Counted from the first letter of the stretch, positions 24,640-39,187 are shown. The stretch is 64,000 nt of DNA from Octopus bimaculoides (GCF_001194135.2 NC_068991.1:54102140-54166139); one strand, 5' to 3'. Notes: generated by a model not told the origin, from the sequence alone. Numbers and translations: made by a program.

Positions 24640-25160
24640 TTTCCACTTACAATGCTTGCTGTTGTTGCAGTTTATGCATCTAGAAGAGTTGCTAGCTGAA
24701 GATCTTGGGCCTAGATTTCATTGCTAAGTGTCACCAGTTCATCTTCAGCTTGATATCTAAGTGTTGTATGCTTATAATTTCCATAGTTTGGATTAAATAC
24801 ACCCTCATGTTCAATGAATGTCTCTTGTTGATGCAATTGCTTTGCAGTGAAAATAGTTTGAGCTGAAGTTTTGAAGTTTGTCTTTGTATTATTGCAGTCT
24901 TTTCATACATAGGTGTGTAACTAGATCATTAAATCCATACCATGCTTTCACAGAGGTATTTCAGTGGCCATCAACATCAGCAGTCTTTACTCACTGCAAA
25001 GTACAGACATCACATCAGCAAGGTTTGATAATGGCTTGTCCTGCTGATTTCATATGTAATATGTTCCCTGAACATCTTGTTGCCACTTCTTTTCTTTTCA
25101 TTCAGTGACGACTTATGATATCTGTACAGATACTTTCTTGAAACACAGGTATGGATTTAA
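24640..25160 (-). mobile_element. Highly decayed Penelope-like fragment (GIY-YIG C-terminal part and 3' repeat)
   Basis: Frameshifted minus-strand peptides YRYHKSSLNEKKR, HITYEI and CDVC resemble a PLE endonuclease C-terminus. A CTGAAGATG...GAAA motif follows downstream. Confidence 0.4.
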
Positions 25161-25229
25161 TAGTCTAGTTAACTGCTTATGTGAGTGTGTGTATGTACAC
25201 ACACACACACACAGACATACACACACACA

Positions 25230-26294
25230 CACTGGATGCAAGAGGTATTTGAGGACATATTTGATAATTTAATAAATCTACTCTAATCTAGCAAAAACAA
25301 AATAAAATTTGGGAACATGTTCTCAATAAGTCTTCTTTTTTTTTTTAAAAAGATTATTCTATGAATATGTCTGCACTAAGTGATCTTAATTCATTTAGGG
25401 CATCACCTGGACAATGACAGTCTTCAGTGAAGCTATAGTATTGTGAAGATGTTGATTAGTCTCCTTTTCAACAATGCTCCAAATGTAATTGTCTATGGGA
25501 TTTAAATCTGGTAAGTTTGGAAGCCACAAATTTGGTGTTACATGATCATAAAGATTGTGTGACATCTATTCTTAGGTTATGTGAGCTTTGTGAGAAGGTA
25601 CTGAGTGTTGTTGAAACACATATGGCTTTTAATGCCATACTTCATCCATTGAAGGCTTAGCAATAGCATTAATTCTAAGACCTTGTGGAAAGATTTGAGG
25701 TAGCATGACATGATACACCACTCCTAAAACCATCTCAGTTACTGGAAACTTAGTGTGCATCACTCTGGGGACATCAAAAGAACTGCACAGAACCATCTGG
25801 TCTTTGTTAAAGTTTTTCTCATCATGAAGGTTTTTAAACTTCAGTTACTGCTTGGCACAGATCAAATATTTTTTTTTTCTGAGTCTTTGCAGACAGGAAT
25901 TGGCCTCTCCTCAGTATATACAACTTAGTGGGCCTCATTGATTTTTCCGGAATCATTATTGATATTGTTTTGAACCTGTTGGATGAATTGTGGTGTCTTT
26001 ATTATGTTTAAACACTTAGAAAGTTTCTCTTTGATACAGTTGAAACATTGCTGCCAAAAGCTTCCAGTTCCATCCCAACTTTTATGTACTGGTCATGCCC
26101 AATTTAGAAAGTTGGCAGTTTCTAAATTGTTGTGTTCCATACATAGTGCAACAATGATTTCAGGCTGCATGTCTTTCCATTTCTTGTGTTAGCATTCTAT
26201 CTGCCATAAGGGATCTGAAACATTATAAAGCTTTTAATTTGTTTGAAGAGAACATTAAATGGTAATTGTCCTCAAATACCTATCACAACCTCTG
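25230..26294 (-). mobile_element. Decayed DD37D (maT) Tc1/mariner transposon
   Basis: 28-bp imperfect TIRs ending AGGTATTTGAGGACA (25230-25257 and 26267-26294). Minus-strand peptides MLTQEMERHA..IIVAL, VMHTKFP and YVFQQ(H)SVPSHKA...WLPNLPDLNPIDNYIW, with 37 residues between the degenerate second Asp and the third. Multiple stops. Confidence 0.88.
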
Positions 26295-28518
26295 TGTGTG
26301 TGTGTGTGTGTGTATGTATATATGTACATACTTGTAGTTGAGATATCAGGGTTATTAAATATTTCAATGCAAAAAGTCTATTTGTTTGTATTTATATTTG
26401 ATTTATTCCCAACTACGTTGCTGTGGCTTTCTAATTACTGTTTTACACACATACACACATTATTTGCTTTACAGATATTTATTTTAATATTTTAAACATG
26501 TAGTTTTGCTGTGGAGTGTAACTTTAGAATCATATGCCAGTTCGTGGCATTACAAGTTGTGCATTGAACTATCTGTACGGGTTTGAGCTTACATGAGGTC
26601 TTGATAGAGTTTGCTATTATGATATACAGAAAAAACAGCCAAAGTATATTTGCTAAAAGTACCTTAACCCATACAGGGTTACATAGTCATATTAGTTTGA
26701 CACCTGATAAGAAATTTCATTTGTTATGAAGTGTAAATATGTTGCACTGACCTCTTATACATGTGGTGATAACCAAAAGGAAAGTGCTATATTATTTTAT
26801 GTCTGATGTACTATACTTTCTGGAAGGCTGACTATAAGTTTAGAACTTGACCACTCACACAGTCAGGTTTTCCATATAATGTGTGTGTGAGTTCCCTTAG
26901 TTGATGCCATGTTTCATGTGGGTTGTTTCTATATTTGTATTGCTTTCATATTGTGATTAATTGATTCTGAGGAAACAGCAATATGATGTTAGGATCTTGG
27001 GGGAAAGCATGCTCAATGCTAACCTAGTAGTAGATCTTGTAAGAAAACCTTATAGAGTGCATGCATGTGTAGTTTATATAGCTGGTAAGGCATGTCTTAG
27101 TATTACAATGATTTGTAGCCATACTGGTGTTTTGAGTCTTCTTGCAGATCTGCCGAGGTGGAATTGTTTCTGCATATGTCTAAGGTTCTCTTTCAATGTG
27201 TGGTTGAAGTGAAGCAAACCCCTATTCAACAAATATGGAGCATCACATGTTTTGTCTTAAAGTATTTTCTTAGTGTAGGTGTGGCTGTGCAGTTAAAAAG
27301 CTTGATTCCCAACCATGTGATCTTGAGTTCAGTCCCACTGCATGGCATCTTGGGCAAGTGTCTTCTACTATAGCCGTACGCTGAGTAAAGCCTTTTAAGT
27401 GAATTTGGTGGATGGGAACTGAAAGAATCTCATTGTCTATGTGTGTGTGTATGTGTATGTGTGTAAGAAAGCATGTGTTTGCGATTACTGTTGTCTCAGC
27501 ATCATGTGATGGTAAAGAAACATCATCATTATACAGGTGACATTGTTCGCTATTATGGAAATAGGTGAGGGTCGGTGACAAGAAGAGCATCTGGTTGTAG
27601 AGAATCTGCCTGAACCTTGCAAACATGGAAAGGTGGAGCTACCCCAGCCTCTTCTCCCATACCTTAACCTCCGTCTTAAGGATGAACCCTCCCTCCTTGG
27701 GTATTGCAGACTTGTGAGCTGCATGGTGATCTCACTGGTGCTAGAGATACAAAAAACACACCCAAACCATGCTGGAAACTGGTTGGCATTAGTAAAGGGC
27801 ATCCAGCTTTAGAAACCTTGCCAAAGCAGATGCTGGAGTATGATGTAGTCTTTAGGCTCATCAGTTATTGTCAAACAGTCCAACCTATGTCAGCATGGAA
27901 ATTTAGGCATTAAATAACGGCAGTTATGTGGCTTACTTACTAATCTTTGATTTTAAAGTTTTTGCTTAAATCCATTTTGTACTTGGCAAGGCTGCTGTAG
28001 TTCTTAACCTTATCAAGTTATGATAAGACCATTAATGTCTCCTGTATACTACTTGTGCTTCCGCTCTTTTTAGCACCACAATACAATCACCTTGTAGCAT
28101 CTTGTTTCGTTTTTGCCACTGACCAAGTGAACATTCCAACTACCTGAAATAGCTTTAAGTCTGTTTGCCAAGTAATTCAGTATTAAGAGATATTCTACTT
28201 TTATGATTGGTCCATGGTAGGTAGATAAAGGAGTAATTGTTCGTGATTGATTATTGATGTAGAGTACTGGTGAGTTGGCTGGTAAAGCAATTTGATGTTA
28301 AATATGCATCTTTTATTTTATATTTATTACTTGTTTCAGTCATTAGACTGTGGCCATGTTGGGGCACTGCCTTGAAGAAATTTTAGTTGAATGAATCAAC
28401 CCCAGTACTTATATGTTTTTAAGCCTGGCACTTATTCTGTCAGTCTCTTTTGCCAACTGCTAAGTTACTGAGACGTAAACAAACCAACACCAGTTATCAA
28501 GTGGTGGTGGAGGACAGA

Positions 28519-28553
<35 letters not shown>

Positions 28554-29289
28554 CGGGCTTCTTTCAGTTTCTATTTGCTAAATCCACTCAAGGCTTTGAT
28601 CATCCTGAGGCTAAAGTAGAAGACATTTGCCCAAGGTGCTATGCAGTGGGACTGAACCTGGAACCATGTAGGTTGGGAAGCAAACTTCTTACCACACAGC
28701 CACGCCTCTGCCTATGGTAAAATTCTTATCTAAAGTTTCTGCGAGTTAAAAAGAAAGCTTCTTAGTCAGACTTAGACAACCATCTTATTCTTAAGTCACT
28801 GAATGCTATATCCAGCAGAGCTGAGAAAGTGCAAGGGCCTCTCCTTTTTCAGTATTGTTTAAAAAAACAAAATGTGAGACTTTGCCCCATTGAATAGACG
28901 CTGCTATGCTCTATGAATAGTTAGATGGGAGGATCCTGTCAATTTACTCTAGCTTTTCTTGGCTTGGAAATAAGTATGTGAATGGAAGACAGAATTGAAA
29001 TGACAGTTCACCTGAAGATGAAATATTTTACAGCAAATAAGGAAAATGAAATACAATGGACCTCTTTCTACAAGTGTACTCTGACAATACTGTTAAACAA
29101 TTGAAGGGCAATTTCATCTAGACTACTATTATAGCTCCGGGACCCAACCAAAACCTTCTGAATGGATTTGGTTGACACAAACTGAAAGTAGCCCATCATA
29201 CATAGGTGTGTGTGTGTCTAAATATATATATGTGTGTGTGTAATATGTATGTATGTATTTTTGTCTATATATATATGTATGGATACATT

Positions 29290-29323
<34 letters not shown>

Positions 29324-31501
29324 CCTATATATTAACACATGTATGTATATCCTTCTTCTGTCATCATGTGATAGTTGTAAACATGCTTCACCTTTGTTTC
29401 CAATATTCTGTGGAAACATGTCCATCCATGGGGAAATATTACCTTACTTGGAAACAGGTAAGGGTTGGCAACAGGAAGACATCCAGGGATAAAAAATTTG
29501 CCTAGCCCAAGTCAGCATGGAAAAGTGGACATTAAAATGACGATGATGATGAGATATAATATTTATGCATGCACACAAACTTAGACGTGTGTGTGTGTAG
29601 ATGTACATATACGTATATATCTACAGTTTGAAACTTTAAGTAATGAGTTATGAATCAATGTCAATACTAATAAATATAAACTATATGGAATGTGTTCAGT
29701 TGTTTTGTACACCTGTCTGTCTATCTATCTATTTATCTATATTATTATTGTTATTATACTTAGGCATAGCTACACTAATAACCTGGTGCTGGAACTCTGC
29801 ATATGCTTCAGAGCAAAGCGTTAGTTGAGTACAGAGCAGTAATAAGAAATTAGAATGATAAGGAATAAGAAAATTCAACTTCGTTTACAAAGCTCTGATG
29901 AAGCTACAGGGTGATACACAAGCATTCAACAGTGAGTGCATTGCATCTTGTAGCAGAAACAGCTGTAAGCTAATGAAGTTCATGACAATTTCTTATTGTC
30001 TTGTCATTTTAATTTCTTATAAATATATGTATTAAGTATTTTTATGAGCTTGTAATTTTGACTTCTATATTCCCTATAGGAAAAGTATGTTTTCCCTTAG
30101 GAGAAGGAAAATGAGTTATATAAAAACTGTTACCCACGGCAGGAATCTGTATTGCAAGAAGGTTGTGTGTACTAGAGCAGCCTTACTTTCAACAAGTTCT
30201 CATCTAAAGAGCAGGCATCTAATCAGTTTTTCAGATGCATAAAAAGTTCATTTAAAAATGTTTTTGAAATATACTTCAATAGAATATAGTCAACAACTAT
30301 TGAAGAGGTTGCAAGAAGCAACGAAAATTTTAGAAGAAAAATAATAAATGAGTGGAAATTGAACCGGTGAGTGTGTTAATTAATATGGCATTGAAACAGA
30401 ATGACTCTCCCCAGGCAACAAAATATGCTTCAACACACAAATTCATATAAAGAATCTTGCAAACCAAATACAAAAACGAAATTTAAAATTAACTTTAATC
30501 CTTTAGCATTCAGATTACTCTGTCAAATTTAAATTTTTTTTATTCACATTGCTTTAAATTAACCATGCATTATCTTGTAGCTTTGAGATTTTGACAATGG
30601 GATTGTTGATTTGTAGAATGACAGTGTAGGGTAAATGTGAGGGATCAGATCTGGCTGGTTTGCATATAAAACAGGTAGACTATTTAGACCAGATATGACC
30701 AGCTTATATGCCAAAGAGTTAAGTGTAGAAATAACCTATTTCTCTTCTATAACATAAGATAATGAAACTGAAATAAGAATAAACTGATTTGGAAATAGAA
30801 AAATATTTCTATCAGAATAAAAGTTCATTGTTTGGTACATACACTTTTGATTGTTGTTTGAGTTATGTTGCTGTGGTTAATGAACACTTTATGAATGGAA
30901 CTCATGAATCTAAATGTCAGCATTGTTTTAATTATTGTTGCAGTTATTCCAATCTTGTATCAAATTGACTTAAAAAATTTTTTGTTGCTTTATCTCCTCT
31001 GTTTTTGAGTTATAATTTAGGAATATCCAGTAAGGTGTCTAAATGAATATTATCTTCTGGCAGATTTTGTGTGTGTGTGTGTGTGTGTGTGTAATGCACA
31101 CATGTGCACACATATGCATATACATACATACATGCATGCATGCATGCATAGGGTGGGAGTTTACAAAATATACATTTAGTTAATTTTCTGTTTAAAATAA
31201 ATCTTTTAAGAGAAGATTCCAGAAATTAAATTACTTAAACGTTACCCATTTTTATTTAAAAGAGGTTAAACAACTTTTAGCAAATGTGATTTCCTTCTTA
31301 TATATGCTAATGACTTTGAAACATTATTTATTTGAAACATGCAATGTACTAATAATTACCTTGGTTACAGTACAAAGAAAAGTGGGAAATCGTTATTTTT
31401 AAAAAAATGTATAACTCAGTATTGTTGGATATTGAATCTCAGGTAAAATATTCGTGGCTTGAATTGTTTCTTCATCTCATCTTCAAATTTGAATTTTTCA
31501 G

Positions 31502-31594
31502 ATTCTTTCTGAATTGGAAGTGAAAAGGAGACCAAAACCACCTGCACGTGGCAAAGGCCCAGGTAACAGAGTCAAAGAACGACCAAAGTCTTTG
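31502..31594 (+). CDS. CCDC9: CCDC9-like exon (ILSELEVKRRPKPPARGKGPGNRVKERPKSL)
   Basis: tttttcag acceptor, TTG|gtatgt donor, 93 nt, phase 0-0, coding-like composition. Confidence 0.82.
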
Positions 31595-34500
31595 GTATGT
31601 ATTCCCTTCTATGAGTTCATTGTAAAGGTTTATTTAGTTGCTATAAGGTATCAATGAATTACTTAGATTATTGATAAGATATTGGATGAGGCTGCAAGCT
31701 GGCAAAACCATAAGCAAGTTGAACAACAAAATGCTTAGCACTTCTAGCTTTTTATCTTCTGAGTTTAAATTCCACTGAGGCTAACTTTGACCCTTATCCC
31801 TTCAGGATCAATAAAATGAAATACCAATCAAATATTAGGGCCAGTGGTATCGACTGAACCCCTCCTCTCAAAACTACTGGTTTCGTGCTCAGATTTGGAA
31901 CCATTATTTATTAAATGTTTTTGATAATGATTCTGGTTTTTATTAGATTTTTCGTAATGATTCTTTCTTATTTGTGAGGAATGTTCCAGAATATCTTTTA
32001 CATTACTGATTAAGATTCCCTATTAATACAGTTATCTGTTCTAGTTTTAGCTATGTAAATCTCTGTGAAGCATTAATGTGTTGAGTTTTCTATCCATCCA
32101 TCCATCCATCCATCCATCTTTCTTTCTTTATTTCTTTCTTTCTATAATAGAGGAATTGGTGAACTGTATCTATTACCTTGTTTCAATTCCCTGTTGGAGT
32201 TACTATTCTAAGGTTTCCAATTTACTCTGTGAATTGTTGATATTCACTCTACATAATTGTCTTTAGTTGAAAATTAGATCTTTCATTTTCATCATTTTTA
32301 ATGAGATTGTTCAAGTATGAGGTCTGCCCTGGTGACCAGTTATTGTAAGCAAGATAATCATTTCTAGATAAATCTCAGCAGGATCTATGTAACATTTCTA
32401 TCTCATTCTATCACTTCTGGGTAGTTTTGCAATTTTTAACTGTTCGGTTTAGAAACTGATGTCTTAAACTTCAGAATTATTTCTAATGCTGATTACTCTT
32501 CTGTGAAGTGATACATTTCTACAACAGGCAAATGATATATATTTTAACAATTCTATCATGGAAAAAGGATTCAGAGGCAATGAAATAAAATTTTAAAAAT
32601 TGAGAGCATAAAATACAGAGATGTAAGTAGATGTGCTGCAGTAAATAATTTGCTGCTTAATGGTCTTAGGTAGACATAAGGAAAACTAATATTTAGGAAA
32701 AGTAATTATGTTTATTTAGCAAATTATTTTGTGGCTTTATATTATCTGATGCTATGATAAATTGCCCCCCAGTAACTCTCTGTAAAATCATCAGTGATAG
32801 GAAGGGCATCAGCTATAGAAAATAAAATCCAAATGGAACATATGTGAAACATAGTTCCTGATCTATCTAGGAGGGCTAGAACCCTTTACAAGTACTCAGT
32901 TCCTGATGTTGTAGCCAATGTATGACAACAGAGAAAGTAAGATATAAAATAATTGTATGTAGCATTCTCCCCTAAGATAATGTGTATTAAGTAGACAGAC
33001 AGACCTGAAGCTAATTTGATGCAGAAAGGGCATGTCTTTGGTGAGGTTGCGAACAACAACAAAAGGGCTTTCACAAGCATAACTGTTTGATTGATTAATC
33101 AAACTGAATGCTTAATCAAATAATTGATTAGTTAATTGGTTAACCAATTGACAAATAGATATTGAAAAAGTTAACTACGACCAGTGCATGTCTTTATTAT
33201 TGGCATAATGACCCTCCTAAGATACATCACAAACTGACAAAAATTCTACATTAATGCTTATAAAATAAATTATATTTGATCCTTATTTCTTTTAAACTGC
33301 TGCCCCCATTTACTTTGGTTAACTGAATGGAAGAAGCTGTGTAATATGCATTGGCCTGCAGGACATACTCATTAAACTTATGGGAGGCCCACCTTTGCAT
33401 TTAGGACCTGAGATGATGTTTTTGAGACATTGGGGGGGGGGTCTGTATACCATCAAATATGGTAATTCCCAAGATTTTAATCTTTTAGAGAATTCCTTGC
33501 CCATGTTGTAAACATGCATTCATGTAAAATATTGTGGACAAATGTTCGTCAAAAATATTTATTATGATGGCATATAATTTTTGTGATAAAACAGTATCGC
33601 TTAATATATGTATGTTGATATAAATAAAAAAAATTAAAACTTTATGAAGTTTAAATAATATGCATGAATGCATATTTTATGTTTTTGCTACTTTTATAAA
33701 CATTAACCAGCATGTTGATTTTATTATTTTTTTAAATATGTTTTATTTTGGGTTTATTAATACTTATATCCCAGATTTAACTGTTATTACTAATGAACTT
33801 TAAAATTTGAAAAATCAAGTATTTTCATCTATTGACCCTTTAGCATTTAATCCAGTCATATCTGGCCCAAATAGTCTACCTGTTTTATGTTAAAACTGAC
33901 CAGATCCAATCTCTCACACCTACCTTACAATGTCATTGTTAAAATATACAAACACACCATTGAAATCTTGAAGCTACAAGATAACACATGATTAATTCAA
34001 AACAAAGTGAATAAATAAGTATTACATTTGACAAAGAGATCTTAATCCTAAAGAGTTAAACAATAACTATTTTCTGCATGATTTTATTTTCTCCACTGAA
34101 ACTGCTTGTTTTATTTGACCATTTTTCTCGTTTGTATGCAGAGAATTACCTTTTATAATGACATCTTATTCAGTAACATTTTTTTTTCTTCTAATTTTGT
34201 ATTGACATTCTAGACAACCTAGCAGTTTTTGTGGTTTTGACTCTGCAATCAACAGGGGTTAGAAGACATAAGAGAGAGAAAGGTAGCTGATACAAAGTGT
34301 TTTGGAATTAAATTGAGTGAAAAGGGGATTTTTGAAAGGGCAATAGAGATTATGAAGGGGCAGAATTAACACTTATTTGTGCTTCTTACACCTGCTGAAA
34401 ATGAGACAACCCAAATGTATGAAGATTGCTTCCTCAATGTCTCATTTGTTCCTATCTTTGAAATTTTAAAGTTTTTCTGATTCAGTAATCCTTCTACTTA

Positions 34501-35369
34501 ATATATTGCCATATATTGGTGTATACCTAAATATCCACAGTTTATCAACACAACAATGTCCTAGACATAAAATTGTACTTGCAACAGACCATTTGAATAC
34601 ATTTTACACGTACATGCTCACAGACAGCCTTTGCTTTCAGATATTCCCCTTGTAGATCATTTTAAAATATATTCTTGGTGAGTGTGACAAGCTTGAAATG
34701 TTATATGTATATCATGTTCTTGGCATTTTTTTTTTTTTTGACATGTTTTCAAGATTTAAAAGTGTCAGTTTTAGAATATATTAACATGATAGGATTTTTC
34801 ATTTTTAATTTTAAATATATTAAAGAAAACCTGTACTAATGGATGGATGGATGGGCAGATGTGGATCTGTAAATATGCATGTATAAATATTTGGTGGGCT
34901 ATTCATAAGATGAAATTAGCATCTACCAACCACTTTGGTAGATTCAAACTTGGCACGCATACTCAAGGTATAAGCCGTAAGTAGGACCAATGGAGATAAC
35001 ATGAAGATTACTACAAGAAACTTTACTGCAGACTTTTAATTCTGATTGGCATTGATGAATCTTCTTCGACAAGTCTATTCCAAGTAGCTGACTGCCTGTT
35101 ACATAGTTGCATGCTCTTAGTTTTGTCATTGGTAGAAGCTTGCAACTAGTTTGGTCTTTGATATAGTTTTTCAGACTCATTAGGTATTTTTTTCATTCCT
35201 TGAAAGGAACATTCTAGCAGTTCAAAAAGCATGGCCAGACTACTGATGTTGATCTCTCAAAATCACTGCTTTGATGCTCATGACTCATAAGTCTTCACCT
35301 ATTCATTGACTCCAACTTTGTCATACTGTACTACCAATGGATGTTCATCACAGAGGGTATATAGAATAT

Positions 35370-35601
35370 AGGCGGCGAGCTGGCAGAATCGTTGGCACGC
35401 CGGGCGAAATGCTTAGCCGTATTCCGTGTGTCATTACGTTCTGAGTTCAAATTCCGCCGAGGTCGACTTTGCCTTTCATCCTTTCGGGGTTGATAAATTA
35501 AGTACCAGTTACGCACTGGGGTCGATGTAATCGACTTAATCCGTTTGTCTGTTCTTGTTTGTTCCCTCTATGTTTAGCCCCTTGTGGGCAATAACGAAAT
35601 A
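35370..35601 (+). mobile_element. Young full-length tRNA-derived SINE with perfect 14-bp TSD
   Basis: ggtatatagaatat at 35356-35369 and 35602-35615; CpGs intact. Confidence 0.93.
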
Positions 35602-36701
35602 GGTATATAGAATATTTCAAACTGACAACTTTTTTTTTGTAAGAGTTTGCATTTTAGATCTCTAGTGCTGAACTGAGATTACGTAACTTGGGCTTATGTG
35701 GTACTCTGTCGGTTACAATGATGAATGTTATTTTGATCAACAAAACACCCTACTTGTGAAATTAACATGCAGATGGCTGAATACTCCACAAGCATGCATA
35801 CCCTTAACGTAGTTCTGAAGGAGATTCTGCATGACACAGAATGTGACAAGGCTGGCTCTCTGAAATACAGGTACAGCTAACTCATTTTTGCCAGCTGAGT
35901 GGACTGAAGTAATGTGAAATAAAGTGTCTTGCTCAAGGACACAATATGTAGATGGTTTAAAGTTAGTTAGCACCTGTCCAATTATACCATTGTGATTAGG
36001 TAGATGATCTCTGAGAATTTTCTGGAACAACTGAACTTAATAAAGATGAGCCAAAGAATATGAAAGATGGTGTCGAGATCCATCTTCTGTCTGATGCATT
36101 TCTCCTAGACTTCTTGTTTCATCAATCACACTGCCATCACATGACACAGTTTAATACTGCCATCTGAACCTTGGCTACTTTCAGCAGAGACCATTCTGTT
36201 ATAGACAATGGGGCCAGATCTTCACTCTGAAGACATCTTCCTTTTTACATGTTATAGTAACCCTGAAAAGTATCATGTGTGCTGCTCTTCTTCCTATAAA
36301 TATGTTACTAAACAAAAATAAATAAGTAGGTGCAAGCATGGCTGTGTAGTAAGAAGTTTACTTCCAACCACATTGTTCCAGGTTTCGTCCCACTGCATGG
36401 CTCCTTGGGCAAGTGTCTTCTACTATAAACTCGGGCTGACCAAAGCCTTGTGAGTGGATTTCGTTGACAGAAACTGAAAGAAGCCCATCATATATATATA
36501 TATATACATACATAAATATATATAGCAAAAATATCATTGTAAGAGATAATTCATTAAATTTCATTTAATGAATTATCTCTTATAATGAAATTTTTGCTTA
36601 AATACATTCATACGGATAGACAGATTCATAAATAATGTATGATAAAAGAAACTGGAAACCTAGGGAACAATTCCCTTAGGAGTAATTTTTTACCTGAATA
36701 A

Positions 36702-36732
<31 letters not shown>

Positions 36733-37352
36733 GTGTGTGTGTGTGTGTGACTTTGTGCCTGTGTTTGTCCCCCACCATTACTCAACAACCTCTGTTGACA
36801 TATTTATATCCCTGTAACTTAGCAGTTCAGCAAAAGGATCCACTAGAATAAGTGACTGACTTAAAAATGAAAATAAGTCCTGGGGTTGACTCATTCAACT
36901 AAAATGTCTTCAAAGCAGTGCCCCAGTATGGCCACAGTCTTACGACGGAAACGAATGTAAGATAGAAGATAAGAGAAATCCAAGCATTGGTAGTTAGGGT
37001 GGGGGAGAATGACACGGAATTGTTAGGGATGAGAAGTAGAGCAGTACCCTGATACTTCCTACTGTTATCTTTGTTCTTTTTTATTTTTGAACATTGAGAC
37101 AATAGAACGATAATTTAATTCGTCTGACATAGATATCATAAAATAGATATAGATTCCCAAAAGGCATGAATGCCTTAAATTCTCTATTTCTTCTTCTCTA
37201 CCTGATGTTTCATGTCTGAGTAAAAATTTGTGTATATTTATTTTCTTGTTCTTTTTTATCTACTATTTGGTCATGGGTTGTAATATGGTTGTTATATCAG
37301 TTGTTCTTCTTTAATTCTACTTGTGTTGCTGTGAACATCAAATGGTTAGCAG

Positions 37353-37595
37353 GATGAGAATGGAGATCTATGTATCGACAGTGTCTATCGAGGTCGCCGG
37401 TCTATGCATGCAGTGGGTTCGACAGGTGGGCAGCATCGGCTTGAGCGAATGACCACTGTACCTAATAATGAAATGAATGAAATTCATATTCAAATTACTG
37501 ACAACGTTCCTGAATACCGGCCAAATTTCGCTAATATAAGGCAAACCAGAGATAAACATAGGGAGAGAGAGCGAGAAAAGACTACAGACTTCAAT
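37353..37595 (+). CDS. CCDC9: CCDC9-like exon, 81 aa (DENGDLCIDSVYRGRRSMHAVGSTGGQHRLERMTT...RDKHREREREKTTDFN)
   Basis: 243-nt open frame, phase 0-0, CpG/GC-enriched relative to its flanks. Tandem acceptor tagcag; consensus donor AAT|gtaagt. Confidence 0.75.
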
Positions 37596-37648
37596 GTAAG
37601 TTATATGAATACACCCATCTATTTATTTGTTCCTGTACATACATGTTG

Positions 37649-37694
<46 letters not shown>

Positions 37695-37711
37695 ATGTGT
37701 GCACACTCACT

Positions 37712-37750
<39 letters not shown>

Positions 37751-39187
37751 TCACTCTTATGCACATCTTTTCAGTCAAATGTATCACATGCCAAAGAACG
37801 ATTTAGTAGTGAACTTCAAGTTTTCTATGTCAGGAGTTAATTTCTGTTAATACAACTGAAAATTTTCTGCATATTACTGAGATGTTACAGTCATTTCATT
37901 GATTTTTGTGTTCCACGGGAAATTTCCATATGTTTTGTTTGAGTCTTTTGTTTTTTAAATTGAAGATTTCAGTTCCTTTCACTAATAATAATTAATCAAG
38001 ACCAAATTTGTAATTTAACAAATAATTTTTAGCTGTAATTAACTCCATGTTAAATTGTTGTTCTATTCTGGCTCTTGCATGTGTGAATTTGTGCTTTATA
38101 TAAAACCAACATGCTTTACTCGTTGTTTTCACCAATTTTTTTCTTGTATGACCATAACAAATGAATTGCTATAGTTTGGGGGTTGTTCTTGATTATAAAT
38201 ATTTTTTTGTTTGTGTGTGTGTGTATTCATATGTCAGAATATATAATTTAAAAAAATAGTACAAATGATTGAATAGTTTCTGTTGGAACAGTTATTTTTT
38301 TTTTTTGATTGATACCATTCCTAAAACTAACCTCTGAACTGCAAGTTAGAAGTGAAACTTATTGTTAGCTAGGTTATCTATGATCCAGAATGAAATCTTG
38401 GACTGTGTGTGGTTGTCACCCCATTTATTGTAGTAGTAAGGTTTGAAGTCATGACTATTGGACTTTGTGGTTCATGGGTCCACATCAGTACCGTCAAACA
38501 GGGTGGCTTTGGGCATGGTTCATAAATGACAAATTACTTAAAAATAAGAAAATAAAGAGAAACTACCTGTCCACAAACCTTTATTTACTCTTCAATCAAA
38601 GCACTAATATTTATGCTAGCACATATCCTCATTTTCAACCAGGGAGAAAATGAATCAGTAAATATTCACACTCAATACTGGAAATATGAAGTCAATGGAA
38701 AAAAGTTTTTGAGAAAAAATTTGCAAAATTTGTCCACAAGCACCCAATTTGACAGTATCCTTCCCCACCAGTTTTTAAAAAAATATTTTAGTTATGATTA
38801 ACCATGTATAGGTAGTGTTTTTACAGAAATGAAATAGCTAACTATAACACTGTGTAACAAAATTAAAATTTTTTTGTCTTTGGTCAGTAAGTGTTATTTC
38901 CTATTTGCTTTGATCTAAAAATCAAAGGAAATGTCTACTATTCCCTTCAAACTCTGCTTTTGTAACCTGGATGTCAATGTTTTGAAACTAACCTATTTTC
39001 CATTACATTTCAAACAAATTCACTGCTGAGTTGCTGAAGCAGAAATATTGTTATAGTAAATATTCTGCTCAATACCACAGATTTGCTTGTCAGTGGTGGA
39101 CCATAACAACTTGAGCATGTGCCTTAGTGGCTGACAGTATGTGTATCTGTGATCATGTACAGGAGTATTTGGGGAGCATTATAGCCA

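Noticed and set aside
30101-30175. Exon after the tttcccttag acceptor (EKENELYKNCYPRQES...)
   Set aside because: It runs into a stop and has only a poor phase-0 donor (gtattg).
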